DNA of 63,996 nt, filler included, from Phoronis australis (Eukaryota > Animalia > Phoronida), in the NCBI GenBank assembly GCA_002633005.1. It is 10 parts of 10 records of this genome, joined end to end, with 100 filler letters (N's around TTAATTAATTAA, not from the genome) between each part and the next. Parts side by side here need not be neighbours in the genome. Positions count along the whole stretch, not along the records: positions 1 to 23,032 come from NMRA01000992.1; positions 23,133 to 32,351 come from NMRA01001138.1; positions 32,452 to 35,222 come from NMRA01003435.1; positions 35,323 to 39,064 come from NMRA01002861.1; 6 more parts are not named here. The stretch is one strand, 5' to 3'. A program made the position numbers and the translations under genes. Under the pieces are notes generated by a model. It was not told the DNA's origin. It did no database searches and was given only the letters and a program-made list of their open reading frames with translations. How positions within the stretch are numbered: the stretch's first letter is position 1; every line of letters begins with the position of its first letter. Positions 22,762 through 35,677 of the stretch are shown here, piece after piece.

Positions 22762-22816
22762 ACCGTAATCTATCACCGTAATCTATCACCGTACTCTATC
22801 ACCGTACTCTATCACC
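22762..22816. repeat. 13-bp tandem repeat x4 (ACCGTAMTCTATC)
   Basis: Directly visible. Confidence 0.9.
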
Positions 22817-23032
22817 ATGCATATTGAGATTGTTTAAGGTTTTACTTTTACATCAGCTGTGGGGTCTGTTTCACAGAAAGCGATTTAAGAATTGGCCTTA
22901 ATCTCTACGCATTTATTTTTAAAACTCATTTTAATGAGCAAAAATGTAAGCATCAGTGAATACCCATAGCTGCTTACTACGGAGATAATTTCCATAAATT
23001 CTTTTTTCCTTCGCTAATTTTCTTGTTTCAGC

Positions 23033-23132
23033 NNNNNNNNNNNNNNNNNNNNNNNNNNNNNNNNNNNNNNNNNNNNTTAATTAATTAANNNNNNNNNNNN
23101 NNNNNNNNNNNNNNNNNNNNNNNNNNNNNNNN
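23033..23132. other. Artificial 100-nt assembly linker; identical linkers at 32352-32451, 35223-35322, 39065-39164, 43892-43991, 46836-46935, 50097-50196, 52890-52989, 61113-61212
   Basis: 44 N + TTAATTAATTAA (stops in all six frames) + 44 N, nine times in the window. Confidence 0.98.
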
Positions 23133-23139
23133 TTGCGGA

Positions 23140-23361
23140 TGACGTCACGATCACACATTTTGCTTACGTCATCCCTAAAACGCGCAGATCTACATAACGC
23201 GCACAACACTATCAGCAGACTGCACCTCTTGAAATGTTTATTTCAAACATGTGTTAACAATTGGTTGTCAAGGTTACGTTCCTGGAAAGTGAAATATCCA
23301 TGCAAGCCCTTGACAGGCATTTCAAATTTTAAACGGTTGGGGTTCAGCAAAGATGGGGCTG
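23140..23361 (+). promoter_or_regulatory. CRE-containing promoter-like segment and candidate first exon (ATG GGG CTG|GTAAGT)
   Basis: TGACGTCA at 23140-23147, TTACGTCA at 23164-23171, ATG at 23353 and a consensus donor at 23362. Confidence 0.35.
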
Positions 23362-23909
23362 GTAAGTTTTGACTTCAACACTGTATTTATATTGATAAAA
23401 CTGTTAATTAACATATTTTATTCTTAAATAAGTAGTTTTGAGAGTTGTTTTTTAAACTGATTCTGTGGAAATTAATGGAAATAAGCAAATCATATTTCAC
23501 AATACAGTAAATATTTTGGGAAATGTCAGTTCTAATTTTGAATTGTTTTACACATTGTTATAAGTTTTGGTTCTGCGTATGATGCTCATTGTGAAAGCAG
23601 AAAACTGTTGGTGCCGTATATTTTCTCAAGTTTAGATTTGCTCTATTACATTAAGGTGCTATTTAACATTCTAAGAGTCACTTGTTCTTGTGGTTCCTAT
23701 TGTATTTCTACAGTTGCAAAGAAAGAAATAGAATTACTATGTAGAGTGCAAACACTTGTTTTTAGTATTTCAAGTTATTGAGTTAGACCTCGCTAAATCT
23801 ATGAGCTTGAGACATTTCACTTGAAATTCAACAAGTACGTGGTGTATTTCATTTTATAGTGGACTATTAGCCATACCTGTAAGTGTCAGTTCATAAGCTC
23901 GACTTCGAT

Positions 23910-24135
23910 CCATGGTTGACCATGCTGTGTAACTAACCATTGTTGACCATGCTAAATAAAGATGCCAAACAATTGTCAAGCATGGTTAGAAAACATGATC
24001 AACCATTATTAGTAACCATGGCCTCAACTATGATTTTTAACCATGGTCAACCATGATTTTTAACCATGGTTAACCATCTTTACCATAGTAGATCATGGTT
24101 CCACACCATGGTTGGTAACCATGTTCAACCATAGT
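23910..24135. repeat. Cluster of palindromic AACCATGGTT-type short repeats
   Basis: Many ACCAT/ATGGT units in both orientations. Confidence 0.75.
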
Positions 24136-24146
24136 TTTAACATTTA

Positions 24147-24148
24147 TG

Positions 24149-24180
<32 letters not shown>

Positions 24181-24250
24181 CTTTATTTAAAGCGTATAAA
24201 AATACAATAAAAGTAAAACATTCTTTAGCCAAAGGCTAATATCCAGCATG
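24147..24250 (-). mobile_element. Detached 3' tail of the LINE at 25442-26570
   Basis: (TAA)n, TTTATT and CTTTAGCCAAAGGCTAATATCCAGCATG. This is the reverse complement of the tail at ~1362-1475. Confidence 0.85.
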
Positions 24251-25441
24251 CCCGGGTGAGAATTTGACATGTATTTTTAGGGGTCCACAAGTATGCTGCC
24301 AATGCAGTACTGTATGGCGACTCGGGTTGGCCAAATTCCCACTACAGACAACAGGAAACTATGCTACAGCTCTGGAATCGTTCAGCTCTAATGGATGAAA
24401 ACAGAATTGCAAAAAAAGTCTTTTTATGGGACCTTAAACATCGGAACTCCTGCAGCTGGTCAAATTCAATATTTAAAATTATGGAAAAGTGTGACTTTTT
24501 AGAAAATTTCAGGAACAAACAAGTTGTGTCTCTCGAAAACATTCAGGTTCCAGTTAGAAGAGTTGAATTGGTTAAAAATAATCACTGAGAAACCAAAACT
24601 GTACTGATATAGATCTGTTAAGAATGACTATTTTGTAGAAGAGTATTTACGTCTGCCGGTGTCTCAGAGGTCCGTCATAGCTCGATTGAGAGCAGGTATT
24701 CTACCATTAGAGGTTGAGGTGGGCCGGTACTTCGGAATTCCTGTGAATGAACGGATTTGTCGTGTTTGTAAAAAAGGAATTGAAGATGAAGTTCATTTCA
24801 TTTTTGATTGTGAAAAATATACTCACATTCGATCATATTTTTACGGCGTTCTGCCCTACCTCAAATATTCAAAAACAACTTGAAAGGTCTAGCGAAATTC
24901 ATTCAAGACGCTTTGCAGGTTAGAAGTAATTGTTTGTTTATAAAGTAGTCTGAAGTGGTCATATTCGAGCTTGTGCAATTTGTTATGTAATGATTTAATT
25001 ATTTTTAGGTGACTGAGTAAGCCCATTGAGGGTGGGGGTGTGGTGAATAATCTGTATTTGATATTGTATTTACTGGTACCCTTATGTCACTATGATAAGT
25101 GCTCTCCTGACACGACTGCACTCTCTGACAGCTAAACCAACTCTAACTCAGTATTTGGATATTTGAATAGGCAGTGAAAACTTTTGTTGCAAACTCTTTG
25201 ATGTTATTAAGGGAACATGTTTAATCATTCAAATTGGGTGATTACCTCCCAGTGGCCTTTTCAGAACTGCCAATTCTATTTAAATTGTATCTTTATTGAA
25301 GAGTTCTATCATATTTTACACGTTCGACCTGCTCGCGTGTCAAAATTTTACACGTTCGACACGCTAGCGTGTAAAATTTTACAAGTTTGACACGTTTGAC
25401 ACGCTCAAAAGCATGTCAAACGTGTAAAATTCTCACCCGGG
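24251..25441. mobile_element. CACTA/EnSpm-type (CCC-terminated) non-autonomous element with 2-bp TSD
   Basis: TIR CCCGGGTGAGAATTT / AAATTCTCACCCGGG with TG duplicated at the target. Subterminal TTTTACACGTTCGAC-type repeats at ~25313-25430. Confidence 0.85.
24270..25100 (+). mobile_element. Decayed 3' fragment of a second non-LTR retrotransposon (RT C-terminal zinc-knuckle region)
   Basis: FLGVHKYAANAVLYGDSGW...RSVIARLRAGILPLEVEVGRY..IPVNERICRVCKKGIEDEVHFIFDC (CxxC...H...C), with stops and frameshifts. Confidence 0.8.
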
Positions 25442-26570
25442 TGGTCCTCTGCAGCAAGAAATTAAATTAATTAAATTAAGTTAGATAAACAGATTAAATT
25501 AAGATACAATAAGAGACATTAGATACAACGTATTTACAAATTGGATAAACAACTTGAATTAAAGATAAATAAATAATTTTTTTTTGGTTAATATATTAGA
25601 AAGACAAAAAGGAGGGACATCTATGACGAGCACAGGTAACTGATGAGGCGGTGTCTGAAATTATCATAACAGTCAGCATCCTTAGGACTATTAGTCAAAT
25701 TGTTCCACTGTTTGATGGTCTGAATAAAAAAGGACTTAGAATAAAACGATGTTCTGTGTCTGGGCAAAACCAAATTGTTTGAGGCAGAAAATCTTGTCCT
25801 GATCTGGTGGCTATTTCGAACAAGTACGAGATTACTAGACAGATAAGTCGGTACATTACCGTGAAAGCACCTATGCATCATGCACAGATGCCTATATATA
25901 AAATATTTGTCAACAGGGAGCCACCCCAGTCTATTAAACATATGAGTTGACGGAGTGTCAAAAGGCACACAGAGAACAAGTCTGGCCGCCTGCTTCTGAG
26001 CCTTCAATAAAGAGGAAACTATTTTTGCATTGCATCCTGATCACACTGTACTACATTAAACGAACAGAGGGAATACACAAGCGCTGAAATATTGCAGAAG
26101 CCCTTCTGTCGGAAGAAATGGTGATATACGCCGGAGAAGACCAATGCGCTGCCTAATTTTGGACACAGTCCTATTTATAGGGCTAGTTCAGCTGAGTGTC
26201 TGGTCTACAGTACCACCTAATAACTTTTCACTTTCAACACATTTGAGGCGTACATTGGAAATAACAAGGTTAAGCTAAAGATTTCTTCTACTATGCCGTT
26301 GCTCTGTGGCAATACTCGTACATTTTGTTTTTTCAGCATAAATTACCGTTTTATTATCAGTACACAAGGTAGAAACTTTATCTAGATTAGACTGGAGTTT
26401 GTCCTTTACAGCTATCAGCGAGTTTGCCACAACAGACAAAGTAGTATCATCTGCATGCGTGTACATGTCAACCGTGTTTTCACAGACTAAAGAGAGATCA
26501 TTTATAAAAAGCAAAAACATCAGAGGTCCCAGGATGGATCCCTGTGTGATACCACGGGACTCAGACATAT
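25442..26570 (-). mobile_element. Decayed L2/CR1-group LINE reverse-transcriptase region
   Basis: GITQGSILGPLMFLLFINDL...HADDTTL (RT core) and QKQAARLVL...LGWLPV C-terminus, interrupted by stops and frameshifts. Confidence 0.9.
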
Positions 26571-27809
26571 GTTAGTTCTGAAAGTGCAAAGTCATATGAA
26601 CTAATTAGCAGGATATGGGTTCAAGTTCTAGCTCTACTTCCACGAGTTCTTTTTAAGAAGATGCAATGGGATTTTACTGAGTTAATAGCTTCAGTTCTTG
26701 AGATATAATGTCCGAATGCACAAGATCATATAACCGATTACAGAAACATTAGACTACTGTCAAAACTCATCTTGGAAATGGTAGCAAACTCAGTGATGTC
26801 GGTAGGTAATAGACCGGTGCACAAGTAAGTGAGTGGTGCCGCAGTGCAAAAGTTTCCAACAATACTAGGAGTTACGATAGCTAATTCACAGATAGAGTCA
26901 GCTGACTCGGGATGAATTAAGTTAGTATATTAAATGTCTCTTTGGTTCGAGCCTGGGCAGGCATTGCAATTCACAGAGCCATTGTAGTGCTACGTGTCAC
27001 TTGTTTTGTCGGTGGTGGGTGTAATTGTGGTGAGGAGAATCCACACTTGACACTTACACTCACTATACACTTCTTCATCAAGTTAGTGGGGCTACCCAGG
27101 CATGGCGGTAATATGGCCGTCCCGATTCCCTGGCTGTGAAGTCAAAATACTTCAAAATTCACCAAGCACCTTGAAAATCGTTTTCCTCCATTGAAATTTC
27201 TCATGTCATGGCTTGGTGTCTCGCTTACAAGCAATTTTTGCAGTAATGTTTTTGACAGTTCATTGTCAGCGTAGTTACGATGCCATCCTGTGGGTAAGGA
27301 ATTGGATTAACTTGATACGTGTCAACGTGGATGCGTGGTGCTAAATAAACACCTATACTTAAATGTTAGTTCATCATAATTTCTACAATCAAATTTATTT
27401 TAGAATAAAGAGACTGGTTTAGTTTGCAAAAGGTTCTGAAATATACGATAAAACAATTCTGCTTACTAACCAGTTTCTTAGTCACCTTCTACAATGATTG
27501 TTGAGTGTATGATAAGAAGACGAGTCATTCAAGTATATTTACTGTTTGTGTGATACAGAAACAGCATTTCTACTTATATTAAAGGACGCAAAATTTTACA
27601 GATTGAACAGTTTCATCAGGATTTCGTGATGAGATTACATTTCTTATCTCTTCTAATAATCTGGGATATTTACACGTACCTTAGACGGCAAAAGTTTTCG
27701 GAAACTGATGTTGACTGCTTCTTTCCTCAGTGTGAAAATGATAGATATTAGCCATAAGTTGTTATGTGAATTAGTGCAAGCAGTAAATAGTGGGTTTTTC
27801 TTAGACTCT

Positions 27810-28790
27810 CTCCACCCACACATCCCACGACCACTTCGATCCACGACGTCCTCGACCCACGACCCCATCGACCAACGCACAAACCCCATGAACCACGACA
27901 CAGAATTCCTCGACCTGTGGCATTAGGGGAATCTTTGTGCTTTTTACACATTTCATAAGCTCCCTATAGACTCCCAAATCCCACGACCCCGTTGACCCAC
28001 GACCCCCTCGACCCACGATCCCCTCTACCCACAAACCCAACGACTCGCATTCCCCTCAACTCAGGACCTGCGGTATTAGAAGCACCTTTTACATATCTCA
28101 TAATCTTCTTGCATCACCGAGTGACTTTCCCATAAGACTTACCGATACGAATCTGCATCCGCGCTGGCTAAAGACTGGTGGTTAAATACAGAAAGTGGCG
28201 TAAGAACATTATGTGAAGCAGCTGACTGTGAGTGTGCTGTCGTTTTCACGGAAAGACTTCCACGAGCCGCTGCCAATGACCCTGTTCTACAAAACTTAGG
28301 GAAAAAGTACGTTCACGTGTATACACATAACCTCACACATTTATTATTTGCTTTCTGTCGTATACTCTTTTGCAATAAACAACGTGTAATTTTGAGACCA
28401 TTTTTAGCTACCAAATTGTTTTTAATTGTTTTTTCTTCGACGAAATTACATAATCGTGGCCTTCTCGCATTCTCCCAAAACAGCTTTAATCTCCTATTCA
28501 CTAAAGAGCCGACTCGACGATTATTCTTTGCAGGGAACGAGACTAATTGTGATGTTGGTAGGTCTTTGAATTGATTTTGGTCGCTTTGTCTTTTATCTGT
28601 TTTTGGCTTTCAAACTTGCCGAATCGACTTTCTTAACTGCAAAAAATTGGGAAAAGCCAGTCGACCTCAGGGCCACACTTGTTGTTCTATGTTCAGATCT
28701 CGTCGAGCTTGTGTAGACTGGGTCCAGGTGGTCGAGGGTCGAGGAGGCTGTGGGGTATGGGGGTCGAGGGCTTTTTTAGCAATCTGTAAT
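27810..28790. repeat. Element with inverted subterminal CCACGACCC / GGGTCGAGG repeats (probable non-autonomous DNA transposon)
   Basis: GACCCACGACCCC-type units at 27810-28050 and their complements at 28720-28770. Exact termini unresolved. Confidence 0.45.
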
Positions 28791-30282
28791 TAATCCAATC
28801 CAAGAGTAACGGAATTGGCTACATAGGATGATCCAAAAAAGCATCTAGACTTCAAATGACATTAGCTGCGTTGTTTATTGACTTAGATCAACAAAACTAA
28901 ACACTTCAAATATGCATCTTTGGAAAAATAATTGTCTTTGCGCATTCTTGACGTTTCTGTGTTCATTTTTTCTTCTCTGAAACCGACTCGTTGGTTTGCC
29001 GTTTCCGTGGCCACAGGGCACGTTTTAGGTCAAGCTGCCTCAACAATATGTAAACGTACAGTAGACACATGTGCATTTTCTGATTCACATGTACTGAATT
29101 TAAGCACCCACCGTTGTATGCAAGTGTGGGTGCATTTTTGGTATACTATGCATATTTATCGGAGCAACAGCTAGCTATGACAGCATTCATCATCTATTTC
29201 TACTGATATGAAATTCCAAATAACTTTTTAAAACGTCACTAGGACACGATTTCAAAACGATTCCTAAGAATTGGGAGCCTCGATGTACATAAACTTTATA
29301 CTCACCAGACACAGCTTCTGTACATATGTTATTGTCGTGTATGGTTGTTCATAATTTTTCTCCGTCAGATTAAAAAAATCGAAATTGGCATCTGATTTCA
29401 GTGTAAAAATGTTCTGCTATCTCCATTAAACCAACTAGGTCGTCTTTTATGACGCACAAATCAGAAGATTATACAGACTTAATTACTGAGCTACTGTAGA
29501 AAAGTATGCGCATGTTTTCTTCATTTTTTGCACGGACATCACACGTGTTAAAGATATCATTTTCGAATGTAGGATGAGAGTCGCAACAAGTAATTAGACC
29601 ACACTGCAATCTTGGGTTACGTTCCGTAGACTTAAAACACTCATGAGAAAAGTAGTTTGTCAGCGTGATTTGTCCGTTAAACATGGCGATATCTCGTGAA
29701 GTCTTGAATGGTATTGCATTGCTGCGCTCTTCTTGTGCTTACGGCGGAATGCTGGCCTGGCCTACAAATCACGGGCAACTAACATGCCGCTGTCTTGATT
29801 GTCCCAACTGACACAGTAGCGGGAACAACAATACTGGCGTCCACCGCTGTTTTCATTTGTCTGAGTGTGGTTTTTGAGAAGAAGTTCGATAGTTTCACTT
29901 TAGGAATGTAATTAATCGTTTGGGCGACAGTTTGAAGATGAAAGGTGCGTTATCATGATGCTGCATATGTACTCCACATTACAATACTGTAAATGCCTGC
30001 ACATTTTTCCAGGGAATCTTTTCGTTGTACTGGGACATGCAGTTACGAAAACGAAGCCACCTTGCAACGAAAGTGCTTATTTTCTACGCTCTCTGTTACC
30101 TCTCTACAATGTCTGAATTATTGGTAACTTCCAACAAAAATAAAAACTATTTTTATTTTTATAATATACAGTGTACATGTACTCTATTCAAAATAAGAGT
30201 TTGTTTCAGAAAACAATGCATAAGGACCTAAAACTTGCAAGAAAGTAGGTTGTACTGACACTAATTACGTATTTCCTTGTAG

Positions 30283-30384
30283 AATGGATTTACCCCTCTT
30301 CGCTACGCCGCAAAAAGTGGTAGTCAGGCTGTGTTCAACTTGTTGAGAGATAAACCTTTAGAAGAATCTACATTTGTACATGCT
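30283..30384 (+). CDS. Ankyrin-repeat exon (phase 0-0)
   Basis: TAG acceptor, NGFTPLRYAAKSGSQAVFNLLRDKPLEESTFVHA, GTAAGT donor. Fits the GxTPLxxAAxxG...LL consensus. 102 nt. Confidence 0.7.
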
Positions 30385-30714
30385 GTAAGTACGCAGACAT
30401 GTGTGGTAGAAACCGTTACTAAAGGCAACCTGATGATACCCAGTGACATGTGTGCATGCAATATCTGCATGGTTTAAGTTGAATGACATGACTTGATATT
30501 TTACACTGTTGATTATTTCAAAACAATACTCTTTCGGTATATATTGATATAAACGTCTGTATTCTTGAGCTAATTATACCCCAACGGCAATTGCTCAAGG
30601 CAAGGGTCTAAAAATTGCTTTTTTATCAGTCTTTCCGTTTTAATTTCTTATTCTTTGCTTATTACTTTAAATTGTCTTTCATTTTGAGATTCTGTTTTTG
30701 TCTTACTATCTGTT

Positions 30715-30802
30715 ACTGAAGGCCCCCATGGAAAGCTGTGTGAACTGATGGGGCTACCCTCATTGTAAATATTACATTAATGAATAATAAATAAATAAAT
30801 AA
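30715..30802 (+). mobile_element. Short LINE-type 3' tail
   Basis: GGCCCCCATGGAAAGC...CCCTCATTGTAAATA...(AATA)n. A related tail lies on the - strand at ~61530-61605. Confidence 0.5.
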
Positions 30803-31997
30803 AATCACTGCTTGTCGTTTGTGGGAACAATCGTCTAATTATTTGGATACCCAGAAAGCAATCTCATTTGAGACAGGGACATGTTTAGAACAAATTTAGA
30901 AGTGTCAATGTGAAATTTTCGCTTCTTGGACAAAACGCTGGTGGAGAGCCGCTTTACCGTGTAAAACTGCCAGTACTAATGATGACGATGCTTTTCAGTT
31001 AGCATTTTTACCTACGTGTCAGCGAAAACGGACAGCTACGGGCTTACGTGTCTTCTTCAAATGAACTATATTGCATCCATTAGTTCACCCGATTTTTCAT
31101 GACACAGCGTTAGCTGTCAGTTCAGCCTGGGTACACTTGAGGCAGCACTTCAGTCGGCTCGCAGTTATCTCTCTGCGCAGGTCTTTAGGTGTCTTGATGG
31201 TGTGTGAATATTTTTTTAAATATGGATACCCAGAAGTAAGGGAACTTCTGTCACCGTCAATAAGAATAAAATGCCTCTTTAAAAAGGGAGCGCAACTTCA
31301 TTTCATAACTAAATAATATTGACTTAAGGAAGTAATATGAATTCACATTGTTCGTTATTCCTTTCAGCTCGGCTTGGCTCCATACCGTTTCTTGAGGATC
31401 CAAACTCTGGAGAAAGACCCAATCGTCGATCTTTTGATGCACGTGCTTCAAGTAAGCATGGTTATCTTTTTCATTCTACTTTACATGGATATTGACCAAA
31501 GTTGCTGTGAAGTACTGGCTAGTTAGAGCCTTGCATACAATTCAGTCCAACAACAAAACATGTAAACATGCTCTGCATTATCACACAATTTCCTGTTTAC
31601 AATTTCCATTATTATATAAATAATTTGTCATCATTCGTCGACCTTTTTTAAGCGAGGTCACTGGAACAGTTAAGGACCTGTTAATCATGAACAGTCCTTA
31701 GAAATTAAAATACATTTGCATAACGTTTAATGTGTGTTGCACAAATTTGATGTGCAAACGGATCGATGAACGGCGAAGATGTTCAGTTCATCTAGACCGT
31801 TATGAATTCAAATTGACTCGTAAACTTGCTGCCGTGTGGATCAAACCATGCATGCCCACGTTGTTCTAAAATTATCCCTGTTGTAGTGTTCATGGTTAAA
31901 ATGAAGCACCTGGAGTGTTGTTTTCATGTAAAGCAATAATTCCATGTACTTAATTTTCCTTACCCACTGTACCAACGGTACAGCACACATCACGAAT

Positions 31998-32185
31998 TTT
32001 TGGCCGACCGGTCGGAAATTAGTCGACGACCGGCCGTCGACCGGTCGTCTAGCCGACCACCAGCCGACCAACAACGGTCGGCTAGGAGCCGTCTGCTTAG
32101 TCGCCTCTGTGGTCGGCACTTGAGTCGGCTAATTGGTCGCCTAGCGTAGACGACCAATTCGGATTAAGCGTGTCCTTGGTCGGCA
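31998..32185. repeat. GC-rich cluster of inverted GCCGACC/GGTCGGC repeats (probable transposon subterminal region)
   Basis: Dense CCGACC/GGTCGG/GTCGAC palindromes. Confidence 0.5.
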
Positions 32186-33034
32186 ATTAGCATTTTATGA
32201 CTTAGCGGGTGAACTTTGGACAAACAAACATTTAACTGTTCGCTGTTCGTTTACCAGTGGCAACTCCGGTCTTGACATCGGTTTATCAAATTTTGTTCAA
32301 CTATTAAATGGAGGTAAAATCGAATCAACCTACAAATACGAAGTGCGTGGCNNNNNNNNNNNNNNNNNNNNNNNNNNNNNNNNNNNNNNNNNNNNTTAAT
32401 TAATTAANNNNNNNNNNNNNNNNNNNNNNNNNNNNNNNNNNNNNNNNNNNNTATGTGGATTTTGGACGGTTGAAGTTGGGAGCCTCGGCTTGGCAAAGTT
32501 TAAGTGTCCAACCTTTATGTTTTCTTGTATATATTATTGAGTGACGTCATTTGCGATAAATCCAAGCGCCTGTGCAGTCATCATGCGCTGTCAGAAGTGC
32601 TATGTGGCGATATAATGACAATGATTACAATAGTAACCTTGGTTAAATGGCTTGAGAGCGACATCTAGTAGTTAAATGATTAATTATGTTAACATAGTTA
32701 AAAAAAATTGGCTCAATATCTCTGATTTTCAATGTTTTATGGTTCGCGAATCATGGTGTTCCACATATGACCCACTGGGCTTAAATGGGATAATACTACA
32801 TGTACTTCAATATCGTCCCCATGCGTCGTGATTCTATTTGCGGTATTCCATCGATAGGGCAATTCCCGAGTATGCATGACAAGGGAGGTAAGTCTTGATT
32901 TTGATACATAAACGAGTCGACAAATACGGATGTTCGCAGCTACAAGGATTATAACTACCACTTCTAAAAACGTAGTGCTGACTGCTACAAAATTNTCAAT
33001 CTAACTAAAACAATGACGAATCGTTTTTAAAATT

Positions 33035-33222
33035 TTGACAAGCAAACAGGTTATTTGGTTTATTTTCGACAAACAGACAGGTTATTTAGCGAACGAACAA
33101 GTTAGTTGCGCCGAACAGACAGGTTACTTGTCGAACGAACAGGTCACTTCTATCAAACAGAAAGGTTAGTCAAGTCGAATGAACATGTTGGTCTTGCCAA
33201 AGTAGTAGTCAAACAGACAGGG
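33035..33222. repeat. Degenerate ~22-bp tandem repeat (C.AAC..ACAGGTTA.TT.G)
   Basis: About 7 diverged units. Confidence 0.7.
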
Positions 33223-35550
33223 CAGAGGGCGCTGTCCCAACTCTAGAAATAGTTGACGTCACGAAGTCATGAGCCCCGCAAAAATTCCAAAAAGTTGTTT
33301 TGGTGGTCTGTTGCAGTGAAGAATTTCTTTCATAGGACTGTTCTCAATTTGTCATCGACCATTCTTAAATAAATTTATGGAATCGTGATGCGTTTGCTTG
33401 TTTAAACCAAGCTGGCAAATGGTAGATTGAACTGTTTCACGACCACGTATGTAAACAGTTATTCAAAGCTTGGTTCGGCCACCCCGCCAATTAACCGTTA
33501 TTCCATAATTTGAAGTCAAACCATTAATATTATGACATGCAATCATGTGTGATCAGGTTTGTTACTTTGTGATTACGTATTGCTGGGTCATCCTCTTCTT
33601 TGACGAAAGTTGAAATTGATGTGGTCCTGTATGCGCCGTGCTAACGAAGTTAATTTTACATTTACACAACATACTTTTTGTTTTAAAGTTTGAAAAACAC
33701 CGTTTATGTCACTTTCTTCAATCATGTTTCTCAAAATATCGTTGGAAATGAAACACCTCGGTAGCTTCGGAATTATTTTGAGTTACCTTTATTTGCTCCA
33801 ACTGCAAATAGAAAAATGGCTGTAGTACGTACAACCATTTTTCCTCTTTGGTCAATAACACTCTGCATTACATACATGTACTGAGGGTTACTGTTATCAA
33901 AATTACAACAATCAGATTCAATGCTGTGGCATTATACCGGCACAGATATTATATTATTTCATTTCATATGAAATTATCATAATCTAACGAGTCTCCTTGT
34001 TGACGGTGGGACTGAAATATCTGTCACATGGTTTTCAGCACCTTGCATGATTAATTGCCAACACTTGACAGAGTTTATCTGTATGGATCTCATCTTTCAA
34101 ATACGATTTCGAGGCCAGACCATTACCCACAGTTACAAAACTGCGTGGAAGCAAAGATAAGTATTTTTGGGGAAAGGGACCTCGAAACCGGCTGCTAAAA
34201 ACTTCTGATAATTTGCCGCTGACACGCCGCCACAAGGCAAGCGACCGCACTTTTGTAATTTTACGGCTAAAGTTTGTGCTCTTTTGCACTTGAGGAGGTT
34301 ACGTCAACTTTAACTTTAAAGGGTAAGTGTGCTTTTTCATTTTATATCGCATTTTGGATTTGGTGCATTGTGATCTCCTCTTTTGATATCCTCATGTATA
34401 AGTATAATTCTGAAAAAACAAATTAAGTGCAGAATTCAAACTAGTAAGTCAGCATATATCACGCCCAGTTCAATTAATATTTATTAGTCATTTTATCTTG
34501 TCATTCCTTCGTATATGAGTAGCATTTTCTAAAATGGAAATCATTAATAGTACGTGAAAGCTGCACAACTGCAAGACGACAAACCTATTTAAAATGCACT
34601 TCAGAAAAAAAGGAATTCTGTATTTACGGGCTATGTGAAGTGTATTGTAAATAGGGGCAAAAAACGCAAATTCGGCACTTTTCATCCCAAAACCGCCACT
34701 TTCCTCCCGATGCTCGATGAAAGCCAACATTAGATGCCGAACGCAAATTTCCTACCGTATCCAAAAATGTGGTCTGTGTACTGTCAACCAACTTGTTTTT
34801 CTGCAGATCTGGCTTGTTTGAGGGCTACATGAAATCGCAGCCAATTTCTCAGTTGCTACCCAGATATGCAACAGGGGGCCACCATCTTGAAGAACACTGC
34901 AGCTACAGCCGAGCAAGTGGTCTATTTTCAATCTTAAGATGTTCTCAAATACAAACAAGCCATATTCATTTGATCTACATACAATACCTAACCAAGATCC
35001 CAAGCCTGGCCTACCCATAGATTTTAGCGGCCCGAGTCTAACAGTTCAGTACCACCTAACTTTCCGTGATGAACCGGCAATTGCCGCCCATCAGTAACTC
35101 ATCGTATAACTCCTTACCAATTCGCGTGGAACACCATTGACCAATGAGCTATATTTATCTCATTGGTTATAACAGTACGCATCGGCATTTTGGGGACGAT
35201 CAGAAGCTGAGGCTCCCTGTGGNNNNNNNNNNNNNNNNNNNNNNNNNNNNNNNNNNNNNNNNNNNNTTAATTAATTAANNNNNNNNNNNNNNNNNNNNNN
35301 NNNNNNNNNNNNNNNNNNNNNNCTGAAATTAGTCCGGGGAAGGAGGCCAAAAACGGCGGTTTAGCTAGTTGTCCCTTCCTGGTTATCTCTTCCTGGTAAT
35401 GGTTTATACAGAAAAAACCAAGTTGCCCCCCCACATGGTCACATGATGAATCAACTGGAAATACGGCCCATGGCCTATTATCTCTAAATTGTTCATCAAC
35501 CTAGATAACAAATGTAACATGGCTATAACTAATTTATTCTTATTTTACAG

Positions 35551-35677
35551 CAAACGGTGTGGAGCCCACGCATTGTACCGTTGCCGCAATCGCAAAAGAG
35601 GGTTCACCATCAGACGCAGGTCCGTTGCGGCGATAATCCCGGTCCCGGTCGGCTGTTTGTGCGCAAGATATTTCTAA
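35551..35677 (+). CDS. Last coding exon of an IL-17-like / cystine-knot secreted protein (tentative)
   Basis: TTTTACAG acceptor, then KRCGAHALYRCRNRKRGFTIRRRSVAAIIPVPVGCLCARYF*. The C-terminal VPVGCxC is characteristic of IL-17-type cystine knots. A GTAAGT donor follows 7 nt after the stop. Confidence 0.5.
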
